64,000 bases of DNA from an uncultured Nitrospinota bacterium (GTDB taxonomy: Bacteria; Tectomicrobia; Entotheonellia; J063; CAVPRW01), in the NCBI GenBank assembly GCA_963707985.1, contig CAVPRW010000009.1, positions 133,055-197,054 on the forward strand, in the 5' to 3' direction. Shown one piece after another: positions 19,680 to 29,662 of the stretch. The notes under the pieces are model-generated. The model saw only the letters and a list, made by a program, of their open reading frames with translations. It made no database searches and was not told the origin of the DNA. The first letter of the stretch is position 1; each line of letters opens with the position of its first letter. A program made the position numbers and the translations under genes.

Positions 19680-20876
19680 ATGGCAACGGCGTTCTCCCGC
19701 ACAATGCGCTCCTTGGCGGCGGATGGGGCCAAGCATCGATTGGTAGGCGTCATACTGGCGACGCTTCTCTTCGGCGGTTGGGTGGCCTGGGGCTTTCTGT
19801 CCCAAGTCACGGTGTATGCCGTGACTCAGACGGCGCGCCTCGAAGTGGACCGGGTCACTTATCCAGTAGCGGCCCCGCTAGCTGGCAAGATCGTCGCGAC
19901 GCGTTTAGTGGTCAATCAGGAGGTACAAGCGGGCGATGTACTCGTCGAGCTCGATGCTGCGGCGCAGCGGCTGCAGTTGGAGGAAGCGCGCGCCCGTCTG
20001 CATGTGCTCGCTCCGCAATTGGACGCGCTCCGGGCGACTATCACTGCTGAGGAGCGCGCCCTACGTGAGGCCCGGCAGGCCGGTCGTGCCGGCCTTGACG
20101 AAGCGAGTGCACGGCACCGCGAGGCTGAGGTGGCCGCGCGTGCCGCTGATGAAGAAGCCGAACTCTTCAACCGCTTGCAAGCCCGGGCCTTGCCAAGTCA
20201 GCTCGATGTGATGCGTGCCAAAGCCGAGGCACAGCGACGCCAGACTGCAGCCAACACGTTCCGTCTGGCAGTGATCCGACTGGATGCGGACCAACGTACC
20301 AAGGAGAGCGATCGGACGGTGCGCCTCGAGGGATTGAGACGTGAGACCACGCAGATAACAGCCGATATGACCACAACGACCGCCGCGATTGAGCGGCTCG
20401 AGCATGAGATCGATCGTCGTCAGATCCGCGCTCCGGCGGCCGGGCAGCTCGGGGAAGCGGCTGCTCTGCAAGTGGGAGCGATCGTGCGCGAGGGCGATGT
20501 CCTCGGAGTGGTGCTGCCGGCCGGTGCGCTCAGAGTTGTAGGCTTGTTTTCCCCGCCAGTGGCACTTGGCCGCCTCCAGCCTGGCCAGCCGGCCCAACTG
20601 CGCCTTGAAGGTTTTCCCTGGACTCAATACGGCATTATTGCGGCTACAGTGGCGAGAGTGGCCCATGAAGTACGCGACGGCCAGATTCGTGTGGAATTCA
20701 AGCTGGCCCCGGATGTCGCATTTCCGATCCCGCTCCAGCACGGTATGCCAGGGACGATCGAAATCGAAGTCGAACGGCTAGCACCCGCAATGCTCGCCTT
20801 ACGGAACATTGGCAAGCATCTTGGCCTGGTGCAGGCGGCGCGGGAACGTGGGAATGGCAATGGAGTGGCGCAATGA
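19680..20876 (+). CDS. HlyD-family periplasmic adaptor / membrane fusion protein
   Basis: One N-terminal TM helix, VQAGDVLVELD lipoyl half, long coiled coil, IRAPAAG, FPWTQYG. Confidence 0.92.
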   Translation: MATAFSRTMRSLAADGAKHRLVGVILATLLFGGWVAWGFLSQVTVYAVTQTARLEVDRVTYPVAAPLAGKIVATRLVVNQEVQAGDVLVELDAAAQRLQLEEARARLHVLAPQLDALRATITAEERALREARQAGRAGLDEASARHREAEVAARAADEEAELFNRLQARALPSQLDVMRAKAEAQRRQTAANTFRLAVIRLDADQRTKESDRTVRLEGLRRETTQITADMTTTTAAIERLEHEIDRRQIRAPAAGQLGEAAALQVGAIVREGDVLGVVLPAGALRVVGLFSPPVALGRLQPGQPAQLRLEGFPWTQYGIIAATVARVAHEVRDGQIRVEFKLAPDVAFPIPLQHGMPGTIEIEVERLAPAMLALRNIGKHLGLVQAARERGNGNGVAQ

Positions 20877-23617
20877 TGCCTATGGTTCCTGGGATCCGCC
20901 GTCGCTGGCTAGCCCCTGAGGTCGTACAGACCTCCGCTACGGACTGTGGCCCGGCTGCACTCACTTGCCTGCTCGGGGGTTTCGGCATCTCGGTGAGTTA
21001 CGGCCGCCTGCGCGAAGCTTGTCAGACCGATGTCGACGGCACGTCCATCGACACGCTCGAGGAGGCTGCAGTCCAGCTCGGGCTCGAAGTGGAGCAAGTC
21101 ATGGTGCCGGTGGATCACCTGCTCCTCCCAGAGGCCGAGACCCTGCCGGCCCTTGTCGTGGTCCGTTTGGCGAATGGGTTCACCCACTTCGTCATTGCCT
21201 GGCGCCGACACGGCCGTTTCGTACAGGTCATGGATCCAGCGACCGGGCGGCGATGGCCGACCCGTAAGCGGTTCATCGATGAGCTCTATATCCATACCCT
21301 GCCAATCTCTGCCGCTACCTGGCGCGCTTGGGCGAGCATGGAGACCTTTCTCGCCAGCCTGCGCCGCCGCTGGGCGCTCCTAGGCCTCGGTGGCCCAGCG
21401 GAGCAGCGCACCCTGACAGCCGCCCTCGATGACCCCGACTGGTATCCACTCGCCGCTCTGGATGCTACCACCCGTATGGTCGACGCCATGGTGCGTGCTG
21501 GCGGACTCGGCCGCGGTCGGCCGGCCTCCCGGCTGCTCGCTATGTGCTACGAGCGCGCGCGCCACCAAGGCCTTGAGGCTGTACAAGAGATTCCCGCGGC
21601 GTATTGGACAGTACGACCCGATCCGTCTGGCCCAGAGGGGGAGGTGCGCCTGCTCTTGCGTGGAGCGGTGCTCATGCGGGTGCTCGGGCGGCGTTTGCTG
21701 GAAAGCTCCCAGCGGGATGAGAAGCCATTAGATGCCGCCAGTGACCTCGCACCCTTGTCGCCCGAGCTAGCCGCCGCTCTTGCGGAGCCACCGAGCACGC
21801 CTGGGCGGACGCTCTTGCACTTCGTCAGCGCCCAAGGCTCGCTGGAACTCGTAGGACTCATGGTGGCCCTAGGTCTCGCCGCCATCGGCGTCGTGGTGGA
21901 GCCGTTGCTCTTGCGGAGCTTATTTGACCTCGACCGTGAACTGGGACTAGTGCAGCAGCGTCTTGGCGTCTTGGCGGCGCTGCTGTCCTTTATGGCCGTG
22001 CTACTGGGGCTCGAACTCCCCATGATAGTCGGTCTGCTCCGCCTGGGACGCCAGCTGGAATTGCGGATGCGACAGGCATTTCTGGAAAAGATTCCACGCC
22101 TTGGTGACCGCTACTTCCAAAGCCGTCCGACGTCTGATATGGCCGAGCGTAGCCATGTCGTTCACCTGCTACGCCTCTTGCCAGTCCTGGGCGGCCAGTA
22201 CGTACAACGGCTCTTCGAGGTCGTTTTGATCACCGTTGGCATTATCTGGCTCACCCCAGCAAGTGCCGTGATGGCGCTGCTGGCAGCCGTGTGTGCGGTG
22301 GGTTTACCAATCGTTATCCAGCGCTTCCTCAGTGAGCAAGACATGCGCATTCGCACCCACACTGGCGCGCTCGGCAGCTTTTACCTTGATGCCCTGCTGG
22401 GGTTGATGGCAGTACGGACGCATGGGGCCGAGCGCGCTATCCAGCGCGAGCACGAGAGCCTTTTGGTAGAGTGGAGACGGGCTAGTCGCAGGCTGCAGCG
22501 CACCGTCGCAGTGTTCGAAGGGTTGCAGGGGCTACTGGGTTTTGGCCTGGCGGCTTGGCTTCTTGTGGCTTATATCACTCAGAGCGGCCTGAGTGGTGGT
22601 GTGCTGTTGCTCACCTACTGGGCACTCAGTCTGCCGCTATTGGGTCAGGAGATGGTGCTGTTGGTGCGCCAATATCCCAGGCAGCGTAATGCTACCTTGC
22701 GCCTCCTTGAACCCCTCGGAGCCCTCGAAGAGACGATTGAATCCGCCACTTACCCGGTGCCAACGGAAGCGGTCCATACCCGTGGCGTGGCCCTCGCGCT
22801 ACAGAACGTTAGTGTGCGTGCGGCCGGGCATATCATCCTGGACAACGTCGACCTCGTTGTTCCGGCAGGCAGTCACGTGGCCATCGTCGGCCCATCGGGT
22901 GCCGGCAAGTCGACCTTGGTAGGCCTTCTCTTAGGCTGGCACCGAGCGGCCAGCGGCCAGGTGTGCGTCGATGGCTTTCCTCTCGATAGTCAGCGTCTCG
23001 CACAGCTACGCCAGGACACTGCCTGGGTCGATCCGACCGTACAGCTCTGGAATCGTTCGTTACTCGAAAATCTACACTACGGGATACATGGTGATCACCC
23101 CTTGCCTCTCGCAACCATCATTGAGCAGGCTGAGTTGCGGAGTGTGTTGGAAAAGTTCCCCGATGGCCTTCAGACCTCTCTCGGTGAGGGAGGAAGATTC
23201 ATTTCGGGTGGGGAAGGGCAACGGGTGCGACTGGGACGGGCGATGCTCCGGCCGGGGGTGCGGTTGGTGATCTTGGATGAGCCGTTCCGCGGGCTCGACC
23301 GCGAGCAGCGGCGGACGCTACTGGCGCGCGCCCGATCCCTGTGGCAGGGGGCAACTCTCCTCTGTATTACCCATGACGTGGACGCCACGCGTAAATTTGA
23401 CCGCGTGCTGGTCGTGGAGGGTGGTCGCATTATTGAGGATGGCGCTCCGGACGCTCTGGCAACGCGGGTGCATTCACGCTACCGGGCGCTCGTGGAGGCG
23501 GAGGCGGCCGTCCGCGAGCGCCTCTGGGCAGGCCATATCTGGCGTCGGCTACGCCTCGAGGACGGTCGGCTAGTCGAGGGCCATGACCAGGAGAGGGATA
23601 ATGCTGGCGCTGCATGA
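20873..23617 (+). CDS. Peptidase C39-containing ABC transporter (PCAT)
   Basis: QTSATDCGPAAL (catalytic Cys), THFV (His), MDPATG (Asp), TM domain, Walker A GPSGAGKS, SGGEGQR, LDEP. Confidence 0.93.
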   Translation: MMPMVPGIRRRWLAPEVVQTSATDCGPAALTCLLGGFGISVSYGRLREACQTDVDGTSIDTLEEAAVQLGLEVEQVMVPVDHLLLPEAETLPALVVVRLANGFTHFVIAWRRHGRFVQVMDPATGRRWPTRKRFIDELYIHTLPISAATWRAWASMETFLASLRRRWALLGLGGPAEQRTLTAALDDPDWYPLAALDATTRMVDAMVRAGGLGRGRPASRLLAMCYERARHQGLEAVQEIPAAYWTVRPDPSGPEGEVRLLLRGAVLMRVLGRRLLESSQRDEKPLDAASDLAPLSPELAAALAEPPSTPGRTLLHFVSAQGSLELVGLMVALGLAAIGVVVEPLLLRSLFDLDRELGLVQQRLGVLAALLSFMAVLLGLELPMIVGLLRLGRQLELRMRQAFLEKIPRLGDRYFQSRPTSDMAERSHVVHLLRLLPVLGGQYVQRLFEVVLITVGIIWLTPASAVMALLAAVCAVGLPIVIQRFLSEQDMRIRTHTGALGSFYLDALLGLMAVRTHGAERAIQREHESLLVEWRRASRRLQRTVAVFEGLQGLLGFGLAAWLLVAYITQSGLSGGVLLLTYWALSLPLLGQEMVLLVRQYPRQRNATLRLLEPLGALEETIESATYPVPTEAVHTRGVALALQNVSVRAAGHIILDNVDLVVPAGSHVAIVGPSGAGKSTLVGLLLGWHRAASGQVCVDGFPLDSQRLAQLRQDTAWVDPTVQLWNRSLLENLHYGIHGDHPLPLATIIEQAELRSVLEKFPDGLQTSLGEGGRFISGGEGQRVRLGRAMLRPGVRLVILDEPFRGLDREQRRTLLARARSLWQGATLLCITHDVDATRKFDRVLVVEGGRIIEDGAPDALATRVHSRYRALVEAEAAVRERLWAGHIWRRLRLEDGRLVEGHDQERDNAGAA

Positions 23618-25739
23618 GCTCGCCTGGCCGCTCACTCGGCTAGGAGAGGCGATCGAGACGGTGGCACGGAAACACGGTCTGTTGGCAAACCAACACGAGA
23701 CCCCAACACCTCCAGACAGGCTGGGGCAGGACGGCGGGGTGGAGCTCGGGACATGGCTCGAGACGACGGCGGCATGGCTGGGCTTAGAGGCCGAGCCTGT
23801 GGAGGCATCATATGCCGAGGTAGCAGGGTTTGTACGAAGTGCCGGCCCAGCCCTACTCGCCCTGCCGGGTACGGATACACTGTGCTTCCTGGCCTTACTC
23901 GGGGGCACGCGTCACACGGCGACTCTCTTAGGACCCGACCTCGTCGTGCATCGTCGTCCTCTGAAGGCCGTGTGTGCGGCCCTCTGTGAGCACCTCGAAA
24001 CCCCGTTGCAGGCGGATGTGGAACCGCTACTTGACGCAGTCGGTGTCGCTGGACGGCGACGGGCACAGGTCAGGGAGGCACTCGTCCACCAGCGGCTCAG
24101 TCGGGCTCGCTTGGGGAACTGTTGGCTGCTACGTCCTCCGGCTGGCACAGCCTTCTGGAGTCAACTGTATGATGCCGGGGTATGGCACCGCCTTGTAGGA
24201 CTCCTCGGTGGGTACGCCGCGCAATACGGCCTGTGGCTCCTGTCCTGGTGGCTGCTCGGACAGTGGGCCCTGCAGGGACGCCTCGACGAAGGCTGGCTGC
24301 TGGCTTGGGTCCTGCTGTTACTCACCATCGTGCCCCTGCGCATGCTCGTGACTTGGTTACAGGGTGAGATCGCCATCAGTGCCGGAGGGCTCTTGAAGAG
24401 CCGACTGCTAGCCGGAGTATTGCGGCTGGCTCCGGATGAGATGCGACACCAGGGTGTCGGCCAACTCCTCGGGCGCGTTGTCGAGGCTGAGGCTGTGGAA
24501 GCACTCGCTCTGAACGGCGGTATGCTTGGTCTCATGGGGGGAATCGAGCTCGGCATCGCAGTGCTGCTCTTTGGTGTAGTCTCCGAAGGAGTGCCGCTCC
24601 TGCTTTTGCTCCTAGGCTGGGCGGCGTTCACGGTCTTGATGGGTTGGCGCTATCTGCGACGACGGCAGTGCTGGAGCTCAGCGCGTCTCAACCTTACGCA
24701 CGACCTGGTTGAGCGCATGGTCGGCCATCGTACTCGACAGGCCCAGGAAGCTCCAATGCATTGGCATGACGGCGAGGACCAGGCCCTGGCCCGCTATCTG
24801 GAACTGGCGCGCGCTGTGGACCGATCGACAGCGGTGTTATTGGCACTTGTGCCGCGCGGGTGGATGATCCTGGGTGTGTTAGGCCTTGCCCCCGCCTTAC
24901 TCACCAGCACCATCGGCCCCGCTGGGCTCGCTATCAATCTCGCTGGAGTCTTGCTGGCCGCTTCCGCCTATAAAAAGCTGGCGACAGGCCTGTGGCATGG
25001 GGCCGGAGCACTGATTGCCTGGCAACAGGTAGCGCCCCTCTTCCATGCCGCTGCCCGACCAGACCTCGCGACATCGCCCGCCCTGCTGCAGATGCCCGCC
25101 GCTGGGGCGGGTATTCCGAGAGAAACGTCACCACTACTCGAAGCCCATGATCTGGTATTTCGCTACCGCGAGCGTGGCGCCTCGGTCTTGCGCGACTGTA
25201 ATATGCGCCTCTGGCCCGGAGAACGGCTCCTACTGGAAGGTCCCTCTGGGGGTGGCAAGTCCACTTTGGCAATGCTCCTACTTGGCCTGCGACTGCCGGA
25301 CTCCGGCCTCGTGCTCCTGCAGGGTCTCGACCGCCACACATTGGGAGTGGAGGGGTGGCGCCGGCGGGTGGTCGCCGCACCTCAGTTTCAGGAGAACCAC
25401 GTCTTTACCGGCACATTTGCGTTCAACCTGCTCATGGGACGGGGCTGGCCGCCGCGCCCTGAGGACTTAGTGGAGGCCGAAACCCTCTGTCGTGCCCTCG
25501 GCCTGGGACCGCTCCTCGACCATATGCCGGCCGGCCTGTTGCAGATGGTCGGCGAGACCGGCTGGCAGCTCTCGCAGGGGGAGCGTAGCCGGCTCTATAT
25601 TGCCCGTAGCTTGCTGCAAGGCGCCGCTTGTCTCATTCTCGATGAGAGTTTCGCCGCCCTTGACCCCGAGACCCTGCGCCGCTGTCTGTCCTGTGTTCTG
25701 GAGAAAGCTCCCACACTCCTCGTCATCGCGCATCCGTAA
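23601..25739 (+). CDS. Second ABC half-transporter with a degenerate C39-like N-terminal domain
   Basis: No QxxxxDCG motif. TM domain, GPSGGGKS, LSQGE, LDESF, ending at VIAHP. Confidence 0.9.
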   Translation: MLALHELAWPLTRLGEAIETVARKHGLLANQHETPTPPDRLGQDGGVELGTWLETTAAWLGLEAEPVEASYAEVAGFVRSAGPALLALPGTDTLCFLALLGGTRHTATLLGPDLVVHRRPLKAVCAALCEHLETPLQADVEPLLDAVGVAGRRRAQVREALVHQRLSRARLGNCWLLRPPAGTAFWSQLYDAGVWHRLVGLLGGYAAQYGLWLLSWWLLGQWALQGRLDEGWLLAWVLLLLTIVPLRMLVTWLQGEIAISAGGLLKSRLLAGVLRLAPDEMRHQGVGQLLGRVVEAEAVEALALNGGMLGLMGGIELGIAVLLFGVVSEGVPLLLLLLGWAAFTVLMGWRYLRRRQCWSSARLNLTHDLVERMVGHRTRQAQEAPMHWHDGEDQALARYLELARAVDRSTAVLLALVPRGWMILGVLGLAPALLTSTIGPAGLAINLAGVLLAASAYKKLATGLWHGAGALIAWQQVAPLFHAAARPDLATSPALLQMPAAGAGIPRETSPLLEAHDLVFRYRERGASVLRDCNMRLWPGERLLLEGPSGGGKSTLAMLLLGLRLPDSGLVLLQGLDRHTLGVEGWRRRVVAAPQFQENHVFTGTFAFNLLMGRGWPPRPEDLVEAETLCRALGLGPLLDHMPAGLLQMVGETGWQLSQGERSRLYIARSLLQGAACLILDESFAALDPETLRRCLSCVLEKAPTLLVIAHP

Positions 25740-25865
25740 CATTGCAGGTAGTGATATCCCTGTAATGCGCACTCTATGCCGAGAACAGACAGATCTGGGG
25801 GCAGCCCAGGACTTCGGCTAGAATATTCCCATTTCTCGTCCATCACTGAATCGGCGGATGCCCCC

Positions 25866-25930
25866 ATGAAGATCACAGTCCACCTGGTCGTATGTGACGA
25901 CGATGGTCACGAAGGAACGGTTACGGAGGT
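25866..25930 (+). mobile_element. ISKra4-like transposase N-terminal remnant
   Basis: MKITVHLVVCDDDGHEGTVTEV resembles ISKra4 transposase N-termini (from memory). It is cut by a GGGG-starting Tn3 end. Confidence 0.5.
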
Positions 25931-26300
25931 GGGGTATGGTCGGGATACGTGGAATTTCCCTTTTGTGGATAACTTCTTTATACTCCGCTTGCCGTGGAAA
26001 AATAATTAGAACACTTTGCCCCCAGGCACACCCTTTTTCGGACACCTCTCATGGAGCCTTCCACCTATGCCTTCCATCGAACGCACAGCGTCTCCGCGTA
26101 TCAAACCGTCCCTGACCGCCAACGAACTCCAGACCCTCTACGATCCGACCGTGGAGGAACGGGATTTTGTTTCGACTATCTCGACCATGGCCTGAGGTGC
26201 GGTGACGTCTATATCGAGGGCTCCAAGGCCTATGCGGATTATCGGCAGCAGCTGTTCCCATGGGACGAGTGTGCGCCATGTGGACCGGCGTATTGCCAAG
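25931..26300 (+). mobile_element. Tn3-family remnant (terminal repeat and internally deleted transposase)
   Basis: GGGGTATGG end, MPSIERTASPRIKPSLTANELQTLYDPT from 26067, joined in another frame to GLRCGDVYIEGSKAYADYRQQL (internal TnpA segment). Confidence 0.7.
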
Positions 26301-26403
26301 TGTGGTTCGCAAAACAGGGCATGCAAAAGCCGGGGCGGCTGCCTTCGCCGCGCGGGGCCACCCCGGCCACTCAAGTCGTACCCTACACACAGGAGTCCCA
26401 CCG

Positions 26404-26715
26404 ATGCGCATGATAACGAAAGCTGCCGTCATTTGCACCATCTCCCTACTCCTGCTGACCGGCTGCGTCTTCGATGTGCATAAGGCCATTTCTGGTGCCC
26501 ACAAGCCCAGAGTCGTCTTCGCCCTACCTGCCGCCTGGCGCTGTGATCGCGAGAAATCGATGGTGCCGACTGCCGAGGGGCGCCTGGAACCGTGCACCGT
26601 CTGCACGAATATTGCGCGGACCCCGCAGGCCGTGACTATCAACACGACTGAGCACGCGGTGCCGGCCCAGGGCCATGTCGCCACATGCGAGACCGGCGCC
26701 TTTGTGACGGAGTGA
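26404..26715 (+). CDS. Small putative lipoprotein, Cys-rich
   Basis: Signal peptide with LTGC lipobox; AGGAG RBS. Confidence 0.6.
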   Translation: MRMITKAAVICTISLLLLTGCVFDVHKAISGAHKPRVVFALPAAWRCDREKSMVPTAEGRLEPCTVCTNIARTPQAVTINTTEHAVPAQGHVATCETGAFVTE

Positions 26716-26838
26716 GGGGACGGGACATCCCGCCCCCCCTAGTCGAGGGCGTCACTCGGCACGTGGCAGCGGTGAATCGAGCCTGCCCACAGAGCTGTCG
26801 GGGTCGGGCGAGGCACCGAGAAGACGGGGGACCAGATC

Positions 26839-27144
26839 ATGCGGATATGGCTGTTGATCATCCTAGCGCTGCTGGTGGGGTGTGCAGGGCCTCGCCCGCA
26901 GGTCATCAAGGCCCGCTTGACGCCCCAGCCCACGCTGGAGCGGCCGGAGGCCTGGTGGTCGAAAGCGTACCCCGAGACGCACTGCATCGCCTATCTGAAT
27001 GTCGATGCCATGGCGCAGCATGTGACCTGGTTGCAGCAGGCCTGGGAGATACCCTCCTGGGGCTCCATGATGGCTTGCCCTGGTAGCTTAAAACTATGCG
27101 AGACCATTGACATGGCGACATGCCGAGAAGTCGCGCAGCCCTAA
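26839..27144 (+). CDS. Small putative lipoprotein, Cys-rich
   Basis: MRIWLLIILALLVGC lipobox; four further Cys. Confidence 0.65.
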   Translation: MRIWLLIILALLVGCAGPRPQVIKARLTPQPTLERPEAWWSKAYPETHCIAYLNVDAMAQHVTWLQQAWEIPSWGSMMACPGSLKLCETIDMATCREVAQP

Positions 27145-27249
27145 CACCCTGCGCCCATAAACCACCCTCTCCCGTTGCTGGAGGGCGAGGGCCGATCGAG
27201 CTGGCCCACGATCTTTGGGCCGGCGAGGCACCGATAGGGAGGAAGGAAC

Positions 27250-27522
27250 ATGCCTCTGTCTGTGATGATCATGCTGCTCGTCCTGGTGGGCTGTGCGGCC
27301 CGCCCGATACACCTGCACGTGCCCCTGCTGACGGGTGAGGTGTTGCCCGTGACGCTCCATCAGCCCAACGCCTGGGAGTGTACGCCGATCATCAAGGGTG
27401 CTGTGACCTGTACGAACATCACCGACCGCCCACAAGATGCCACCGTGGGACAGGATCGGATCACCGTGCCCCCGCATACGCACATGACCATCGAAGAGCG
27501 CCGCGGCGGGCTCTGGCTATGA
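27250..27522 (+). CDS. Small putative lipoprotein
   Basis: MLLVLVGC lipobox; GGAGG RBS; one Cys pair. Confidence 0.65.
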   Translation: MPLSVMIMLLVLVGCAARPIHLHVPLLTGEVLPVTLHQPNAWECTPIIKGAVTCTNITDRPQDATVGQDRITVPPHTHMTIEERRGGLWL

Positions 27523-28107
27523 CCGCCCGACAGAAGTTGGGGGCATGAGCCTCGTGATGGACGAATTCATCCAACGTATAGCCCGTGGTGCGCAGGTGTC
27601 GGCCCTCGTTCAACAGCTGGCACGAGATGCAGGGCATACTATGATACGGGCTGGCAATGGCCCGATACCCCGGGTGCCACTGTATGCCTATCACCTATTC
27701 GAGCAGGGGATCAAGTCCCCATTTGAGGCGGTTGCCTGCCCCTGCGGGATGGTGACATGCCGCTGGGCGGCTGCTTGCGCTAGACGGGTAGCCCTCGCTC
27801 GGTTTACAATACACCTACGGCAAGAGATGTTTCCTGAAGCCCTTGAGTGCCGGGTTAAGAGGCGAAATCGGTGCCGAGCGATCGAAGGTCATGATCAGGG
27901 CATGTGGAATGGCATCGAACCTGGATTGTCGAAGTATCAGGAGAGGATGCTGAGACACATCGATGAGATGAATTTAGGGCACTGCGGGCGCATGTATGTC
28001 GGAAGATTTTCTCTGATCACATGTCCAAGCCTTACCGTAGAAGAATAGCCCTGCGCCGGCGTTACTCACGGGCGCAACGGATGAGTTCGCTCCCACATGG
28101 AGGAGGT

Positions 28108-29061
28108 ATGATGCAGCAAAGCATCCCAACGGAGGCAGAGGTCCTGCAATATTTCACCACCCTCAGCAATTGGGGGCGCTGGGGAGCCGACGACCAACTC
28201 GGCACCCTCAATCTGATTACCCCGAAGCAGACACGGCGCGCGGTGGGACTCGTACGCGAAGGCGTGACCGTGAGCTGCGCCAGAACCATCCGCTTTGAGG
28301 CGGGCCCCGATTCGCCTGCCCCGCCCATCCATTATATGCTGGAAAGCGGCGAGGGGTGGGCCAGTGGGGAGAAGGTTTCCAGCCGGAGGAATCAGGCCTC
28401 GATCGATTTCTTCGGTATGGTCTTTCATGGCCATACCATCACGCACATGGATAGCCTGGCCCATTTTTTCTGGGATGGGAAGATGTATAATGGCCGCCCC
28501 GCCCATCTGGTTTCCACTAGCTTGGGGGCCACGGTGGAATCGATCGAGGTCGCCAAGGATGGCATTCTCACCCGCGGGGTGCTGGTGGATGTCCCCATGA
28601 TCCGCGGCATCGACTGGGTGGAGCGCGGTGAGGGCGTCATGCCGCAGGATATCGAGGCGGCCGAACAACGCTGCGGCTTTCGGGTCGAAGAGGGCGACGT
28701 CCTGATGGTGCGCACGGGCCAGCTCAAGCACCGCAATCAGCACGGACCGGTCAATCCACTAGAGGCGGGATCAACGGCATGCCAAGCCGCCTGCCTGCCG
28801 CTGTTCCGCGAGCGGGGCATCGCCATGATTTGTTCCGATACCGGCAACGACGTGGCGCCGTCGCAATATCAACGCCTGAGCAATCCCATTCACCAGGTCG
28901 GCATCGTGGCGATGGGATTGTGGATTCTGGACAACGCCAATCTGGAGGAGCTGGCTGACGCCTGTCGCCAGCGCAACCGCTGGGAGTTCATGCTGAGTAT
29001 CGGCCCCTTGCGGCTGTATAATACCACTGGCTCACCGATCAATCCCATAGCGGTGTTCTAA
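28108..29061 (+). CDS. Cyclase family (kynurenine formamidase-like) metal hydrolase
   Basis: NWGRWGADDQLGTLN, HGHTITHMDSLAH, GSPINPIAVF. Confidence 0.92.
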   Translation: MMQQSIPTEAEVLQYFTTLSNWGRWGADDQLGTLNLITPKQTRRAVGLVREGVTVSCARTIRFEAGPDSPAPPIHYMLESGEGWASGEKVSSRRNQASIDFFGMVFHGHTITHMDSLAHFFWDGKMYNGRPAHLVSTSLGATVESIEVAKDGILTRGVLVDVPMIRGIDWVERGEGVMPQDIEAAEQRCGFRVEEGDVLMVRTGQLKHRNQHGPVNPLEAGSTACQAACLPLFRERGIAMICSDTGNDVAPSQYQRLSNPIHQVGIVAMGLWILDNANLEELADACRQRNRWEFMLSIGPLRLYNTTGSPINPIAVF

Positions 29062-29111
29062 AAACAGCGGAACAGTCCACGGTCAATCATCCACGTAGAC
29101 AGGAGAAAACG

Positions 29112-29498
29112 ATGGCGAAGAAACAGGTGATTACCCCAGCAGGTTTTGCGGCTTCAGGAACCCCGCTGTCACCCGGCATCAAAGCTGGTGATACGGTATA
29201 TGTTTCCGGGCAGGTGGGTCGCCACCCGACGACGGGCCAAATGGGTAGCGATATTCGCGAGCAGACGCGCAATTGTCTGGAACGGATTAAAGCGATTCTC
29301 GAAGCCGCGGGCACCTCGCTCGGCAATGTCGTCAGCGCCACCTGCTGGTTGAGCAGCCGGGAGAATTTTGCCGCCTTTAACGAGGTCTACGCCAGCTATT
29401 TTCCGACAGACAAACCAGTGCGAGCCACGGTCGAGGCCAATTTGATGGCGCAAGGAGCCTTGGTAGAGATCATGGTCATCGCCTGCATGCCGGACTAG
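29112..29498 (+). CDS. RidA/YjgF family protein
   Basis: YVSGQVG, FNEVYASYF, PVRATV, LVEI. Confidence 0.92.
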   Translation: MAKKQVITPAGFAASGTPLSPGIKAGDTVYVSGQVGRHPTTGQMGSDIREQTRNCLERIKAILEAAGTSLGNVVSATCWLSSRENFAAFNEVYASYFPTDKPVRATVEANLMAQGALVEIMVIACMPD

Positions 29499-29529
29499 GG
29501 GAACCGCAGCTCGTCAGCGACCATAGATA

Positions 29530-29557
29530 TTGACAACCTCCCTAGTTGGGCTACAAT
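29530..29557 (+). promoter_or_regulatory. Sigma70 promoter for the DUF1015-engB operon
   Basis: TTGACA-N16-TACAAT. Confidence 0.6.
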
Positions 29558-29662
29558 GCCTGCGGCTTTTTGAATGGTTTGGAAGGGGGTTTGGTCCGAT
29601 GTCTATCCTCTTCCCCGCGATGGGGAAGAGGATAAGATGGGCTGAGAGGAGAGTAACGAGCT

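Noticed and set aside
27545..28048. 167-aa ORF upstream of the cyclase gene
   Set aside because: No recognisable motif, and it may span the island junction. Not supportable as a gene.
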